DNA of 64,000 nucleotides from assembly GCA_040902225.1 (NCBI GenBank), contig JBBDXT010000007.1, positions 256,346 through 320,345 on the forward strand, written 5' to 3'. Shown here piece by piece: positions 9,198 to 18,099 of this stretch; position 1 is the stretch's first letter, and every line of letters starts with the position of its first letter. The translations under genes were made by a program, and so were the position numbers. Under the pieces are notes generated by a model. The model worked only from the letters and a program-made list of their open reading frames with translations. It searched no databases and had not been told where the DNA came from. The DNA is from Chloroflexota bacterium. GTDB taxonomy: Bacteria > Chloroflexota > Limnocylindria > QHBO01.

Positions 9198-10411
9198 GTG
9201 AGCCGATCGCTCCGCCGGCGCCCCCGGTCGCGGTCGGTGCGCCGATCCCTGGCGCCCAATCCGTCGCCAATCGGGCCCCGCTGAAGGTCGGGATCGTGAG
9301 CCCGTACGGCTATCCCCACCCCGGCGGCGTCAACGAGCACGTCCGCCACGCCTACGAGGCGATGCGGCGGATGGGCCACGACGCCTGGATCATCACCAGC
9401 AAGTACGGCAAGGAACGGGAGGACGAGGGGCGCGTCATTCGGCTGGGGACCGGCTACGCGTTCCCTGCCAACGGCAGCATGGGCCGCGTCACGCTCGGCT
9501 GGCGCTTCAAGCAGCAGGCGCGCGAGCTCCTCGCCGAGCATCGGTTCGACATCCTGCATTTCCACGAGCCGTTCGTGCCGTTCCTGTCGCCGACCATCCT
9601 CGACCAGTCCGACACCGTCAACGTCGCCACCTTCCACGCCTTTGGCGGGTTCTCGCCGTCGTACTGGGTCGGCAAGTGGTTCGCGGGCCGCCTGGCGGCC
9701 AAGCTCCACGGCCGGATCGCGGTCAGCGGGGCCGCGCGCCACTTCATCAGTCGCTACTTCCCCGGCGACTATCGGATCATCCCCAACGGGGTCGACCTGG
9801 ACCGATTCGCCGATGCGGAGCCGTTCGAGGAGCTTCGGGACGGGACGATCAACATCCTGTTCGTGGGTCGCTTCGAGGAACGCAAGGGCCTCATCCACCT
9901 GCTCCGTGCCTATCACCGCCTGCGCAAGCGCCACGTCGATGCGCGACTGCTGATCATCGGCTCGGGACCCAAGCAGCGCGAGTACCGCCGCTTCGTGGGG
10001 CTGCGCCAGGTGCGCGACGTGGAGTTCCTGGGCCGCGTGTCGGATGACGCCAAGGCGCGCTACTTCGCCAGCTCCGACATCTTCTGCGCGCCGGCGACCG
10101 GCCAGGAGAGCTTCGGGATCGTGCTGCTGGAGGCGATGGCCGCCGGCGTGCCGATCGTCGCATCGGACATCCACGGCTACAAGAACGTGGTGCAGCGCGG
10201 CGTCCAGGGGCTGCTGGTCGAGCCGCGCAACCACCGGGCCCTGGCGGCGGCGCTCTACCGCCTGTCGAACGACGAGGAGCTGCGGCACCGGATGGGTGAG
10301 GAGGGGCGCGCGAAGGCCCCCGAGTACTCCTGGGACCGCGTCACCGAGCAGATCGTCGACTTCTACCGCGAGATCCGGGAGGGGGCGATCAGGACGGGCA
10401 CTCCCCGCTAG
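9188..10411 (+). CDS. pimA: GT4 glycosyltransferase, phosphatidylinositol alpha-mannosyltransferase (PimA-like)
   Basis: N-terminus LKVGIVSPYGYPHPGGVNEHV... parallels PimA (MRIGMVCPYSFDVPGGVQSHV); C-terminal GT-B EX7E region (FCAPATGQESFGIVLLEAMAAGVPIVASD). Confidence 0.75.
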   Translation: MAMSEPIAPPAPPVAVGAPIPGAQSVANRAPLKVGIVSPYGYPHPGGVNEHVRHAYEAMRRMGHDAWIITSKYGKEREDEGRVIRLGTGYAFPANGSMGRVTLGWRFKQQARELLAEHRFDILHFHEPFVPFLSPTILDQSDTVNVATFHAFGGFSPSYWVGKWFAGRLAAKLHGRIAVSGAARHFISRYFPGDYRIIPNGVDLDRFADAEPFEELRDGTINILFVGRFEERKGLIHLLRAYHRLRKRHVDARLLIIGSGPKQREYRRFVGLRQVRDVEFLGRVSDDAKARYFASSDIFCAPATGQESFGIVLLEAMAAGVPIVASDIHGYKNVVQRGVQGLLVEPRNHRALAAALYRLSNDEELRHRMGEEGRAKAPEYSWDRVTEQIVDFYREIREGAIRTGTPR

Positions 10412-11397
10412 AGCGTCTTGCGGTAGACCCGCTCGGTCCGTACCACGCGAAAGCCGCTCGTCTCGTAGACCCCAAGCGCCCCGTTCGCATTCTCCGCGTC
10501 CACGCCGAGACCCGCACTCGTCATGCCCGCGTCGCGCAGGACGCGAAGGCTCTCGGCCACCAGGGCGCGGCCGATCCCCTGTCGCCGCCAGGCGCGACGG
10601 ACGCCGACCGAGCTGAGCCAGCCGCGCCGCACACCAAGCTCGGCGTTCGCTTCCTTGTCGATCCGGTTCAGCACCTGGCCGACGATCTCGTCGCCCTGCC
10701 AGGCGACCACCCACAGGCTCATGTCGCGGCGTGGATCGGACTTCGTCCGCTCGAAGCTTGCCTCGCTGTCGTCGATCGCTCCCCAGTGGTCGCGAAAGAC
10801 CTCGATCTCGGTCTCCCAGATGCGGCGCAGGTGCTCGTCGCGCGCCGGCCGCAGCTCGATCCCCGCGGGGAAGGGCAGCGGCTGAATGTCGTCGAGGGTC
10901 GGGCGCTCCATCTCGTAGTCGTAGCGCACGATCTCGTATCCGTGCCCCTCGAGCAGCGCCAGGCGGCCGGCCTCCGCCTCACTGGCCCAGCTCTGCAGGC
11001 GCTTGTCGACGTCGGGGTGCGCGGCGGCAACCCGCCGCTGTCGCTCCTCGGTCCAGCGCAGGAGCGCGGTCCCCAGGCCGCGGCGCTGCCAGTCGGGATG
11101 CACCTGTCCCCAGACCTGGTAGTTGCGGCCGCCGTCATTGTCCTGTTCCCAGCCGCCCTCGGTATATGCGACCACCGACCCGTTCACCTCCGCGAAGAGC
11201 AGGTCGGCCGCCAGGTCGAGGTTCGTGGGGTGGTCCAGCCAGCTGCTGAACTGCGCCAGTGAGAACCGGTGTGGAATGCCGTTCGCCACCATGCCGGCGT
11301 TGACAAGCTGCGCGATCGCTGCATCGTCAGCCGGGCGCTGGATGCCGCGGAACCGCAGACCGGGGATCGGCGGGGCGTCGGATAGGGTGATCGTCAT
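10408..11397 (-). CDS. Two-domain GNAT N-acetyltransferase (mycothiol synthase MshD-like architecture)
   Basis: Two tandem GNAT cores (QVHPDWQRRGLGTALL...; VGVRRAWRRQGIGRALV). ATG at 11397 overlaps the upstream paralog's stop (ATGA). Confidence 0.65.
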   Translation of the reverse strand: MTITLSDAPPIPGLRFRGIQRPADDAAIAQLVNAGMVANGIPHRFSLAQFSSWLDHPTNLDLAADLLFAEVNGSVVAYTEGGWEQDNDGGRNYQVWGQVHPDWQRRGLGTALLRWTEERQRRVAAAHPDVDKRLQSWASEAEAGRLALLEGHGYEIVRYDYEMERPTLDDIQPLPFPAGIELRPARDEHLRRIWETEIEVFRDHWGAIDDSEASFERTKSDPRRDMSLWVVAWQGDEIVGQVLNRIDKEANAELGVRRGWLSSVGVRRAWRRQGIGRALVAESLRVLRDAGMTSAGLGVDAENANGALGVYETSGFRVVRTERVYRKTL

Positions 11398-12392
11398 GGC
11401 GTGATCTCCATCGGCTTGCGATAGGCGGCCGAGCGTCGGTGGATCTCGAAGCCGGCACGCTGGTAGAGGCCCAGCGCGCCCGTCGGGTTGTCGCTGTCGA
11501 CGCCCAGCATCGCCTCCTCCATTCCAGCCTCGCGCACGCGGACGAGGGCGCGCGCCACCAGGGCCGCTCCGAGCCCACGCCGTCGCCAGGCGCGACGGAC
11601 GAAGACGGTCTCGAGCCACGCGCGCTTCCGTCCGAATTTCTGGTTCTCGTCGGTGTAGATCGCGTTCGTCACCGCTCCAGCGACCTCGTCGCCGTCCCAG
11701 GCGGCGACCCACAGCCCTGGATCGTGATGCGGTGCTGCGAGCCGGGCCTCGAAGGCCGAATATGAGGGGTCGAAGCCGCCCCAGTGATCAGCGAACGCCT
11801 CGACATCGGCATCCCACAGCTGCTTCTGGCTGGCACGGTCAGCGCCGACCGGCCGGATCTCGAGTCCCTCGGGCATCGGCGGCACGTCGATGTCATCGAG
11901 CGGAGCTCGCCGCATCTCGAAGAAGAAGCGCACCTGCTCATAGCCGAGACGGGTGATGAGCTTGACCTTGCTCACATTCAGGTCGTTGGACCACGTGCCG
12001 AAGCCCAGCGGCCGTCCGGCCGACCTCGCGGCGGGGTGCGCCCTGGCGTGCTCCTCCTGCCACGCCACCAGACGCCGCCCGATCCCCCGGCCCTGCCAGT
12101 CGGGGTGCACGTAGCCGCCCAGGCGGAACTCGCGGAGGCCGTCGGTCGTATCGGCCCAATCCACCCACCCATACCCGACCAGCGCGCTGTCCACCTCGGC
12201 CAGGACCACGTTCTGACTCGGGTCGAAGGTCTCGGTCGTGTGACCGAGCCAGTGCTCCAGGTCGGCGACCGTGGTCAGCTCGTCGACGCCATTGGCGACG
12301 TACACCGCGTTGGCGATCGGCGCCATGAGCGCGGCCGGCGCCGTCCCGCCCGTGTGCGTGCGGAGGGAAAGGCCCGGGATCTCGGTCAGCAT
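11394..12392 (-). CDS. Two-domain GNAT N-acetyltransferase, tandem paralog of the downstream gene
   Basis: Same architecture (YVHPDWQGRGIGRRLV...; VFVRRAWRRRGLGAALV); ~45% identity by eye to its neighbour. Start ATG at 12392 directly after the permease stop. Confidence 0.65.
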   Translation of the reverse strand: MLTEIPGLSLRTHTGGTAPAALMAPIANAVYVANGVDELTTVADLEHWLGHTTETFDPSQNVVLAEVDSALVGYGWVDWADTTDGLREFRLGGYVHPDWQGRGIGRRLVAWQEEHARAHPAARSAGRPLGFGTWSNDLNVSKVKLITRLGYEQVRFFFEMRRAPLDDIDVPPMPEGLEIRPVGADRASQKQLWDADVEAFADHWGGFDPSYSAFEARLAAPHHDPGLWVAAWDGDEVAGAVTNAIYTDENQKFGRKRAWLETVFVRRAWRRRGLGAALVARALVRVREAGMEEAMLGVDSDNPTGALGLYQRAGFEIHRRSAAYRKPMEITP

Positions 12393-12394
12393 GG

Positions 12395-13195
12395 CTACCC
12401 CACTCTCTTCAGCTTGCCGGTGCGCTTTGCGTAGCGCTCGGCGCGCCCGAAGGCCCACAGGCCCAGCGGGATGAACACGATCCCCATCAGGACCAGCGGC
12501 CAGACATCGCCGAGCAGATCGGCCACGCCCACGCCGTCGATCAGCCCGGCGCGCGTCGCGTCGAGCACGTAGGTCGCCGGGCTGAAGTTCGAGAGGAACT
12601 GCATCCAGCCGGGGAGCACGTCCACGCTGTAGTAGACGCCGCTGATCAGGAGCAGCACCGACTGCAGCACGAAGGTCATCTGCGCCCCACGCTCGACGTA
12701 CATCAGCGGCAGGATGGCGGTCATGATCCCGATCCCGATGAACGAGACCGAGCCGAGCACCATGAAGACCGCGGCGGTCACGAAGTTGGCGCGTGACAGG
12801 TCGAGCTCGAAGAAGAGGGCGAGCACCACCAGCACCACCACGGTGTGCACGAAGCCGAACGCCACCGCGTAGACCGTCGAGCCCAGCATTTGCGCATAGC
12901 GCCGCACGGGGGCCATGAAGGTGTACTCCAGCGTCCCCTCCCAGCGCTCCCAGCTGACCGTTTCGGCGATGAAGCTGAAGACGACCGACAGGTAGTTCCA
13001 GAAGACGGCGCCGATCACCAGCGTCATCAGCAGCCGGGTGTCGCCCTGCCCCTGTCCGATCAGCGACACGGCCAGCGCGCCCGCCACCGCATAGACCAGG
13101 AAGGCGACCTCCCAACCCCAGTAGCGCTTGGTCAGGTTGAAATTCCGCTCGACAAAGGCGAACGAGGCTTTCAGCTCGCGGGTCATGAGTGCCAT
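12395..13195 (-). CDS. ABC-2 type exporter permease (DrrB-like)
   Basis: Six TM helices, ABC-2 family pattern; follows the ATPase with a 4-nt gap. Confidence 0.7.
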   Translation of the reverse strand: MALMTRELKASFAFVERNFNLTKRYWGWEVAFLVYAVAGALAVSLIGQGQGDTRLLMTLVIGAVFWNYLSVVFSFIAETVSWERWEGTLEYTFMAPVRRYAQMLGSTVYAVAFGFVHTVVVLVVLALFFELDLSRANFVTAAVFMVLGSVSFIGIGIMTAILPLMYVERGAQMTFVLQSVLLLISGVYYSVDVLPGWMQFLSNFSPATYVLDATRAGLIDGVGVADLLGDVWPLVLMGIVFIPLGLWAFGRAERYAKRTGKLKRVG

Positions 13196-13199
13196 CGGT

Positions 13200-14147
13200 C
13201 TAGTCCTCGTCGTCCTTCTCTTCGTCGTCTCCCAGGTCGTCGTCCAGCGAGCGGCCGGTGTAGGTCATGAAGACGCTCTCCATGGTCGGCTCCAGCCCGC
13301 GCTCATCGGCCACCTTGGCCTTCAGCGCCTCGGGCGTGTCCTCGACCACGATCCGCCCGTCGTTGATGATCGCAATCCGGTCGCAGAGCCGATCCGCCTC
13401 CGCCAGGTCGTGCGTGGTCAGCACGATCGTGGCGTCATGGGTGTCGCGCAGCTCCTCGATGAAGGTCTGCACGTCCAGTTTCGACCGCGGGTCGAGACCG
13501 GTCGTCGGCTCGTCCAGGAGCAGCAGGGTCGGGCTGGTCAGCAGCGCCCGCGCGATCGCGACCTTTTGCTGCATCCCCCGGCTCATCTGCTCCAGCGGCC
13601 GGCTGAGTCGCTTCTCGCCGATCCCCAGCCGTGCCAGGATCGAGATCGCCTCCGCTCGGGCGGCCTTCGGCTCCATGCCGTACAGCCGCGCCGCGTAGGC
13701 CAGGTTCTCGAACGGGCTCAGCTTCTTGAAGAAGGCGGCGTCCACGCTCACCCGGTTGATGACGCGCTTGACCGCCATCTCGTCCCGCTCGATGTCGTGG
13801 CCGAAGACCTCGACTTGTCCGGCGTCCAGCGTGAGCAGCGTGCTCACCAGACGGATCAGGGTCGACTTACCGCTCCCGTTCGCGCCCAGCACGCCGTAGA
13901 TCTCGCCCCGGCGGATCCGGATCGTGACGTCGTTCACGGCCATCACCCGCTTGCGCTTGCGCCCGACCACGAACTCCTTGGTGACGTGCTCGACGAGCAG
14001 GGCCAGAACGCCGTCGTCCGAGAGGACGCGGTTCGTGCGCGAAGGCGCCGGCACTGCCGGGCGCATCGCCTCGGTCTTCGGTTGTTCCAGCAGGGTGGTC
14101 ATCTCAGGTTCCTCTGGGTGATCTGTCATCACTCGCTCGATTGTCAT
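13200..14147 (-). CDS. ABC transporter ATP-binding protein (DrrA-like)
   Basis: Walker A GANGSGKST, signature MSRGMQQK, Walker B LLLDEPTTGLD, H-loop TTHD; acidic C-terminal tail. Confidence 0.85.
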   Translation of the reverse strand: MTIERVMTDHPEEPEMTTLLEQPKTEAMRPAVPAPSRTNRVLSDDGVLALLVEHVTKEFVVGRKRKRVMAVNDVTIRIRRGEIYGVLGANGSGKSTLIRLVSTLLTLDAGQVEVFGHDIERDEMAVKRVINRVSVDAAFFKKLSPFENLAYAARLYGMEPKAARAEAISILARLGIGEKRLSRPLEQMSRGMQQKVAIARALLTSPTLLLLDEPTTGLDPRSKLDVQTFIEELRDTHDATIVLTTHDLAEADRLCDRIAIINDGRIVVEDTPEALKAKVADERGLEPTMESVFMTYTGRSLDDDLGDDEEKDDED

Positions 14148-14167
14148 GATTGGCCGATGAAATGGAG

Positions 14168-14197
14168 AGAGCCGCGGGTCCTGCGTGGTCCGCGGCT
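14168..14197 (-). terminator. Stem-loop (9-bp GC stem GAGCCGCGG/CCGCGGCTC) followed on the minus strand by a U-rich tract; putative terminator of the metzincin-domain gene
   Basis: Perfect inverted repeat with 12-nt loop; downstream minus-strand sequence is tctctccatttcat. Confidence 0.35.
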
Positions 14198-14619
14198 CTT
14201 GCTCCTCGCCGGTGGGCGAGCATCAAAAAACCGTGGACCCGATCTGGCCCACGGCTCGTGGCTTGTGCTTGGCGGCCCTGCCGCCATGGCATCAGCTCGA
14301 GGGGGGCGCAGATCTCCCGCCGTCGGCGCCGTTGGTAGGCGTCGTGAGGCGCTCGATTCGGGCGCTGTGCGAGAGTCTCATGGCTAGAACACACGTCCTC
14401 GTTGAGAGGTTGGCCGGGCGGCACCACACAGCGGTAAGGCAAGGTCGGGGCCGCCGCGGGAGTCTACGACCCGGTCTCTGGCGATGTCAAGCCGATTCCG
14501 GGGTAGTAGTTAGAGGCCGTCAAAGTTGCCGCGGCCGGGGGGAGCGGGGGATCGCCGGCCCTGCCGTCATGTGTTTCATGGGCCCACCTAGGCCTTCTGC
14601 GAAGGTGTGGCGGGCAGTA

Positions 14620-16110
14620 CTAGAGGATCGTGGGCTGCGTACCCGTGCCAACCAGGCATTGCGGCATTTGATTCACGATGAAACGCCAAGCGTTGCGAGC
14701 ATCGTCCGAGGTGAAATGGGGTTGGCTCTCCAAGTAGTAATTGGCTAGACCCCAATCCAGCCAGCCCATGTCCGGACGCCACATCACGTTCTGGGGACCC
14801 GCATGGCCGTAATGGCACAGGCCCAAGTAGTGCCCGATCTCGTGTGCCAGGACGTACTGGAATACATAGGACGGCCAGTGATCGCGGTGGAGGACAGCCG
14901 AGCCACGCTCTCCTCCGCTGTTAACCGTGGAGCAGCAGCTGTCGTTTCGATCCGGTGGAGTCGTGCATGAGGCTGCCCGCGTGCCCTCGAGCTGGCTTCG
15001 GCCAACGGTCAGACCGAAGTGCTCGCTGTCGTCGACGAGGTGATAGCGGAAGTTTCCCAGCGTTAGAAGTGTGCACTCCTCGCCAGACTCACCGTTGCGC
15101 AGTTCCTCGCGCACCAGCCACGGACTAATGAACCCATCCGAGAAGCGGAATTCGTCCTCGCCACTGATGTCATGCACCCCGTAATTGTGGAACCACGAGA
15201 AGCGTTCGCTGTCGTTCCATTCCAGCTTGATGCCAAGGTCATGACACCTCTCCGTGGCGATCCGGATTTTCTCGGCGACCGCCTCATCGGACATCGCGTA
15301 GATGCGTATGCGCCCTGTCCGCCCCTGACTATGGATGTAGCGCGAAAGTGTCCAGCGCGTGACCGGGAAGGAGCTCTCGTTCCCCTGCGAATCGACCTCT
15401 TTCACCACCGTGCGCGGTCGCGGTACGAAGTCGGCCGAATCGAAGCTGAGAAGCCGTGACATGGCATAGAGGTCGATTACGCCGCTCTCGTGCCACTGCC
15501 AGAGTGGGGACGTCGCGCTGTCCAGGCGCAGCACTAGGTGCCTAGCTTGAAGGGGTAGACCCCAGCCAGCCCGATCAAGACCGACACGATCGCGGGCCGC
15601 TTGTAGCGCGACGGGATCCGAGCCGAACTTCGTGTTCAGGAGGTCCGAGACGAAGCCACGCAGCGATGACCGATCGTACTTGCCAACTATGCCTCCAATG
15701 ACGTACCCGCCGAAGATGAAGCGAGCCGCATCCACGAGGAAATCGAGGAAATCCATGAAGAGGTTTCCGAATCCTTCGACGACGCCGACGAAGTCGAGCC
15801 GTAAGAGGTCCCCGAAGATGCCAATTACATCCCGAGCGGCATCGAAGAAATCTCCGATGAGATCCTGAGCGCCCTCTAAGAGCCCATCTAGGAATCCGCC
15901 GACAATGTTGCCGGCATTGCAGGCAAAGTCGCCGCCATTGGCGCACAACCAGTCGGTGCCGTCTTCAATCTGGTCCTGTGCCCAATCAATGCCCGTATCG
16001 ACGGCATCGTCCACCGTGTCGACGACCGCATCGGCCGCGTCCTCCACGGCATCGCCGACAGTCGACGCGACTGACGAGACGGCATTCCCGATGTCACTCA
16101 ACCAGCCCAT
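14620..16110 (-). CDS. Signal-less 496-aa protein: N-terminal acidic Gly/Asp/Phe-rich 11-residue-periodic repeat domain plus C-terminal metzincin-type zinc metallopeptidase domain (HEIGHYLGLCH ... NVMW)
   Basis: Extended HExxHxxGxxH motif with downstream Met-turn candidate. Strong RBS GGAGGT 6 nt before ATG 16110. No signal peptide or TM segment. Lower GC than flanks. Confidence 0.7.
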   Translation of the reverse strand: MGWLSDIGNAVSSVASTVGDAVEDAADAVVDTVDDAVDTGIDWAQDQIEDGTDWLCANGGDFACNAGNIVGGFLDGLLEGAQDLIGDFFDAARDVIGIFGDLLRLDFVGVVEGFGNLFMDFLDFLVDAARFIFGGYVIGGIVGKYDRSSLRGFVSDLLNTKFGSDPVALQAARDRVGLDRAGWGLPLQARHLVLRLDSATSPLWQWHESGVIDLYAMSRLLSFDSADFVPRPRTVVKEVDSQGNESSFPVTRWTLSRYIHSQGRTGRIRIYAMSDEAVAEKIRIATERCHDLGIKLEWNDSERFSWFHNYGVHDISGEDEFRFSDGFISPWLVREELRNGESGEECTLLTLGNFRYHLVDDSEHFGLTVGRSQLEGTRAASCTTPPDRNDSCCSTVNSGGERGSAVLHRDHWPSYVFQYVLAHEIGHYLGLCHYGHAGPQNVMWRPDMGWLDWGLANYYLESQPHFTSDDARNAWRFIVNQMPQCLVGTGTQPTIL

Positions 16111-16441
16111 GCGCCGACCTCCGCAAGTGGCCTTTCCCCATTCATCTCAGCTAGGGTCGCCTCTCGTTCATTGAAACTGCGCCCATCCGTGCGGGCCAGG
16201 CACAGCATGTCGCGCAGATTGCGGCGTGGCGAATCCCCGGCGGCACTCTCCCACTTGGGCAGGACCTTGCCGAAAGCGCGCACGTTCCACGTCGCAATCA
16301 ACAGAATTGCGGTCGAGGGTCTTGGGTGGGATCGAGGAGGCGTCCAGGGCTGCCCGCAGCGTGGCGATATCGGCAAGCGCCTTCGCGGGTGCGCCGCTCG
16401 GGAAGCTATCCATGCCAGATCTCCTCCCCTATTGAGCCGGA

Positions 16442-16885
16442 CTAGAGTCGTTCGTCTAGGCTCTGACCGGCGATGAGATAGTCATCGCGCGAGGCGAATT
16501 GCACGAGCAAAATGATCTCGCTATCGCCTGCTTGCCCGCCAGCAAGTCTCCTTTCCAGCAGGAACGTCGGAACCGGTGATCCCTTGATTTCCACGCGTAC
16601 GCCCCACGAGATGTCCAAATCGCTGACCTGCCCGACCTGCCACGTCAGCTCGGACCAATCGACACTCTTGATATCGTCCACGAACGCCGCCATATCGTTG
16701 TCGTAAACAACGTCTTGAGTCTTGGCTGTCAGGTGCTCCCAAGCAGTCGTGGTGTCGCCGGTAGCCAGCGCGCGCATGAAGTCGTCCGCGGCGCCGCTGG
16801 CTAGGTCGGGGCTCCCAATCTGTGCGCACGCGGTTAGTCCAAAGGCGAAAACAAGGATTGTCCCTGCGATTGCGTGACGGCCCAC
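16442..16885 (-). CDS. Lipoprotein, function unknown
   Basis: GTG start with AGGGGG RBS; signal peptide with lipobox LTAC (GRHAIAGTILVFAFGLTAC); low-GC island. Confidence 0.55.
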   Translation of the reverse strand: MGRHAIAGTILVFAFGLTACAQIGSPDLASGAADDFMRALATGDTTTAWEHLTAKTQDVVYDNDMAAFVDDIKSVDWSELTWQVGQVSDLDISWGVRVEIKGSPVPTFLLERRLAGGQAGDSEIILLVQFASRDDYLIAGQSLDERL

Positions 16886-16895
16886 GGTTAACCCC

Positions 16896-18080
16896 CTATT
16901 GCCAGCCAGCCCGGGACCAGTAGACGTCATTCTGCAGGACGTCGCTCACGCCTGGATTCTGCCGCTTGAAATCTGCGATTGACAAGTCGACGAGATACAC
17001 GTAGCCGCTCGCCTCCAAGCGTTCAAGCGTCGCGAGGTCGGGCACGGTCACATTGGCTGACACGATACCCATGACGCCGACATTGGCCTCGCTCGCCTCC
17101 TCATCGACCCATTCGGGATTCGCCCCTGGCCGCGTCATGACATATGTCACTCTGAGGCCATTGGCATCCGGCTCGGTCACGAATTCCAGATCCGCCACCG
17201 AAACGCCGAGCGCTTCGAAGTCTAAGAACTCGCTCCAAGTGAGCGGGTATGCGAATGTGACCACGCCGTCGGCAGGCCCGAGGTTACTTGTGGTGCGTGC
17301 GAGTTCACGCGTGCCGCGAGCATATGAAATGAGGCCACTGCCTAACTGCGCCGCGAGGTGCACATCCCCATCAGCGGCAAGAGTCGCTGTGTAAGGCCTT
17401 CCATTCGCGACTCTTAGGCTCGCGACATCCTGTGTCGCGGGCGCCGATTCGGGGGGAGCGATCGCGGCGAATTGGGAGTTGGAGGGATAGTAGGTGTCGG
17501 TGTCGTTCGGCAGAGGGGTGTTGCAGCAGTGGGTATCCCACTTGTCGCAGAAGAACGGGCAACCCGCCGTCGAGAGATTTTCGAAGTACTCGAGGTGCCC
17601 ACCATCGGGGTCGTACCTGCAGCAGACCTGGTTCCCGTTGACGTAGTAGGTGTACGAGTGTGACCAACGGACGGAGCTGTAGTACCACGTGTTCGCAGCG
17701 GGGAACGAATTGCTTTCTGAGACGATCTCGGCCTCGTCGTCTTTCGAGTCGCCGTTGTCGTCATCGAGATCCGTGTACGGGTTCAGGATAGTGGTGCCGA
17801 AAAGATAGGCTTCGACGTTGTGATTAAAGTCAGTTTGGTCGATGGTGAACTTGATGCCGTTGGCTTGGTTTGTCCGCTGGTGGGGCGCGTTGGTGGAGTT
17901 CCAAATCATGTAGATCCGCGCCCTGAACGAATCGTCCGTGGTTTTTCGGGTGAACGGGTAGCTATACACGTCGTATTCTTCGTAACTCCACCAGTCGTCG
18001 GTTTCGTGGTTCGCCGACACAGGGCTGCTGAGCGCGGCGCCGACGAAGATTGCCGCAGCAAACACTCGCAGTAGTCGCAC
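16896..18080 (-). CDS. Secreted Tyr/Asn/Trp- and Cys-rich protein, function unknown
   Basis: GTG start with AAGGAG RBS; Sec signal peptide RLLRVFAAAIFVGAALSSPVSA; CC/CxxC clusters; atypical composition and low GC. Confidence 0.55.
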   Translation of the reverse strand: MRLLRVFAAAIFVGAALSSPVSANHETDDWWSYEEYDVYSYPFTRKTTDDSFRARIYMIWNSTNAPHQRTNQANGIKFTIDQTDFNHNVEAYLFGTTILNPYTDLDDDNGDSKDDEAEIVSESNSFPAANTWYYSSVRWSHSYTYYVNGNQVCCRYDPDGGHLEYFENLSTAGCPFFCDKWDTHCCNTPLPNDTDTYYPSNSQFAAIAPPESAPATQDVASLRVANGRPYTATLAADGDVHLAAQLGSGLISYARGTRELARTTSNLGPADGVVTFAYPLTWSEFLDFEALGVSVADLEFVTEPDANGLRVTYVMTRPGANPEWVDEEASEANVGVMGIVSANVTVPDLATLERLEASGYVYLVDLSIADFKRQNPGVSDVLQNDVYWSRAGWQ

Positions 18081-18099
18081 GGGTTGCTCCTTTACCGGC

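Noticed and set aside
16111-16441. 330-bp gap upstream of the metzincin-domain gene searched for small ORFs, repeats or a toxin-immunity partner
   Set aside because: Only short Arg-rich shadow ORFs are present. No coding signal, no repeats; treated as promoter/leader.
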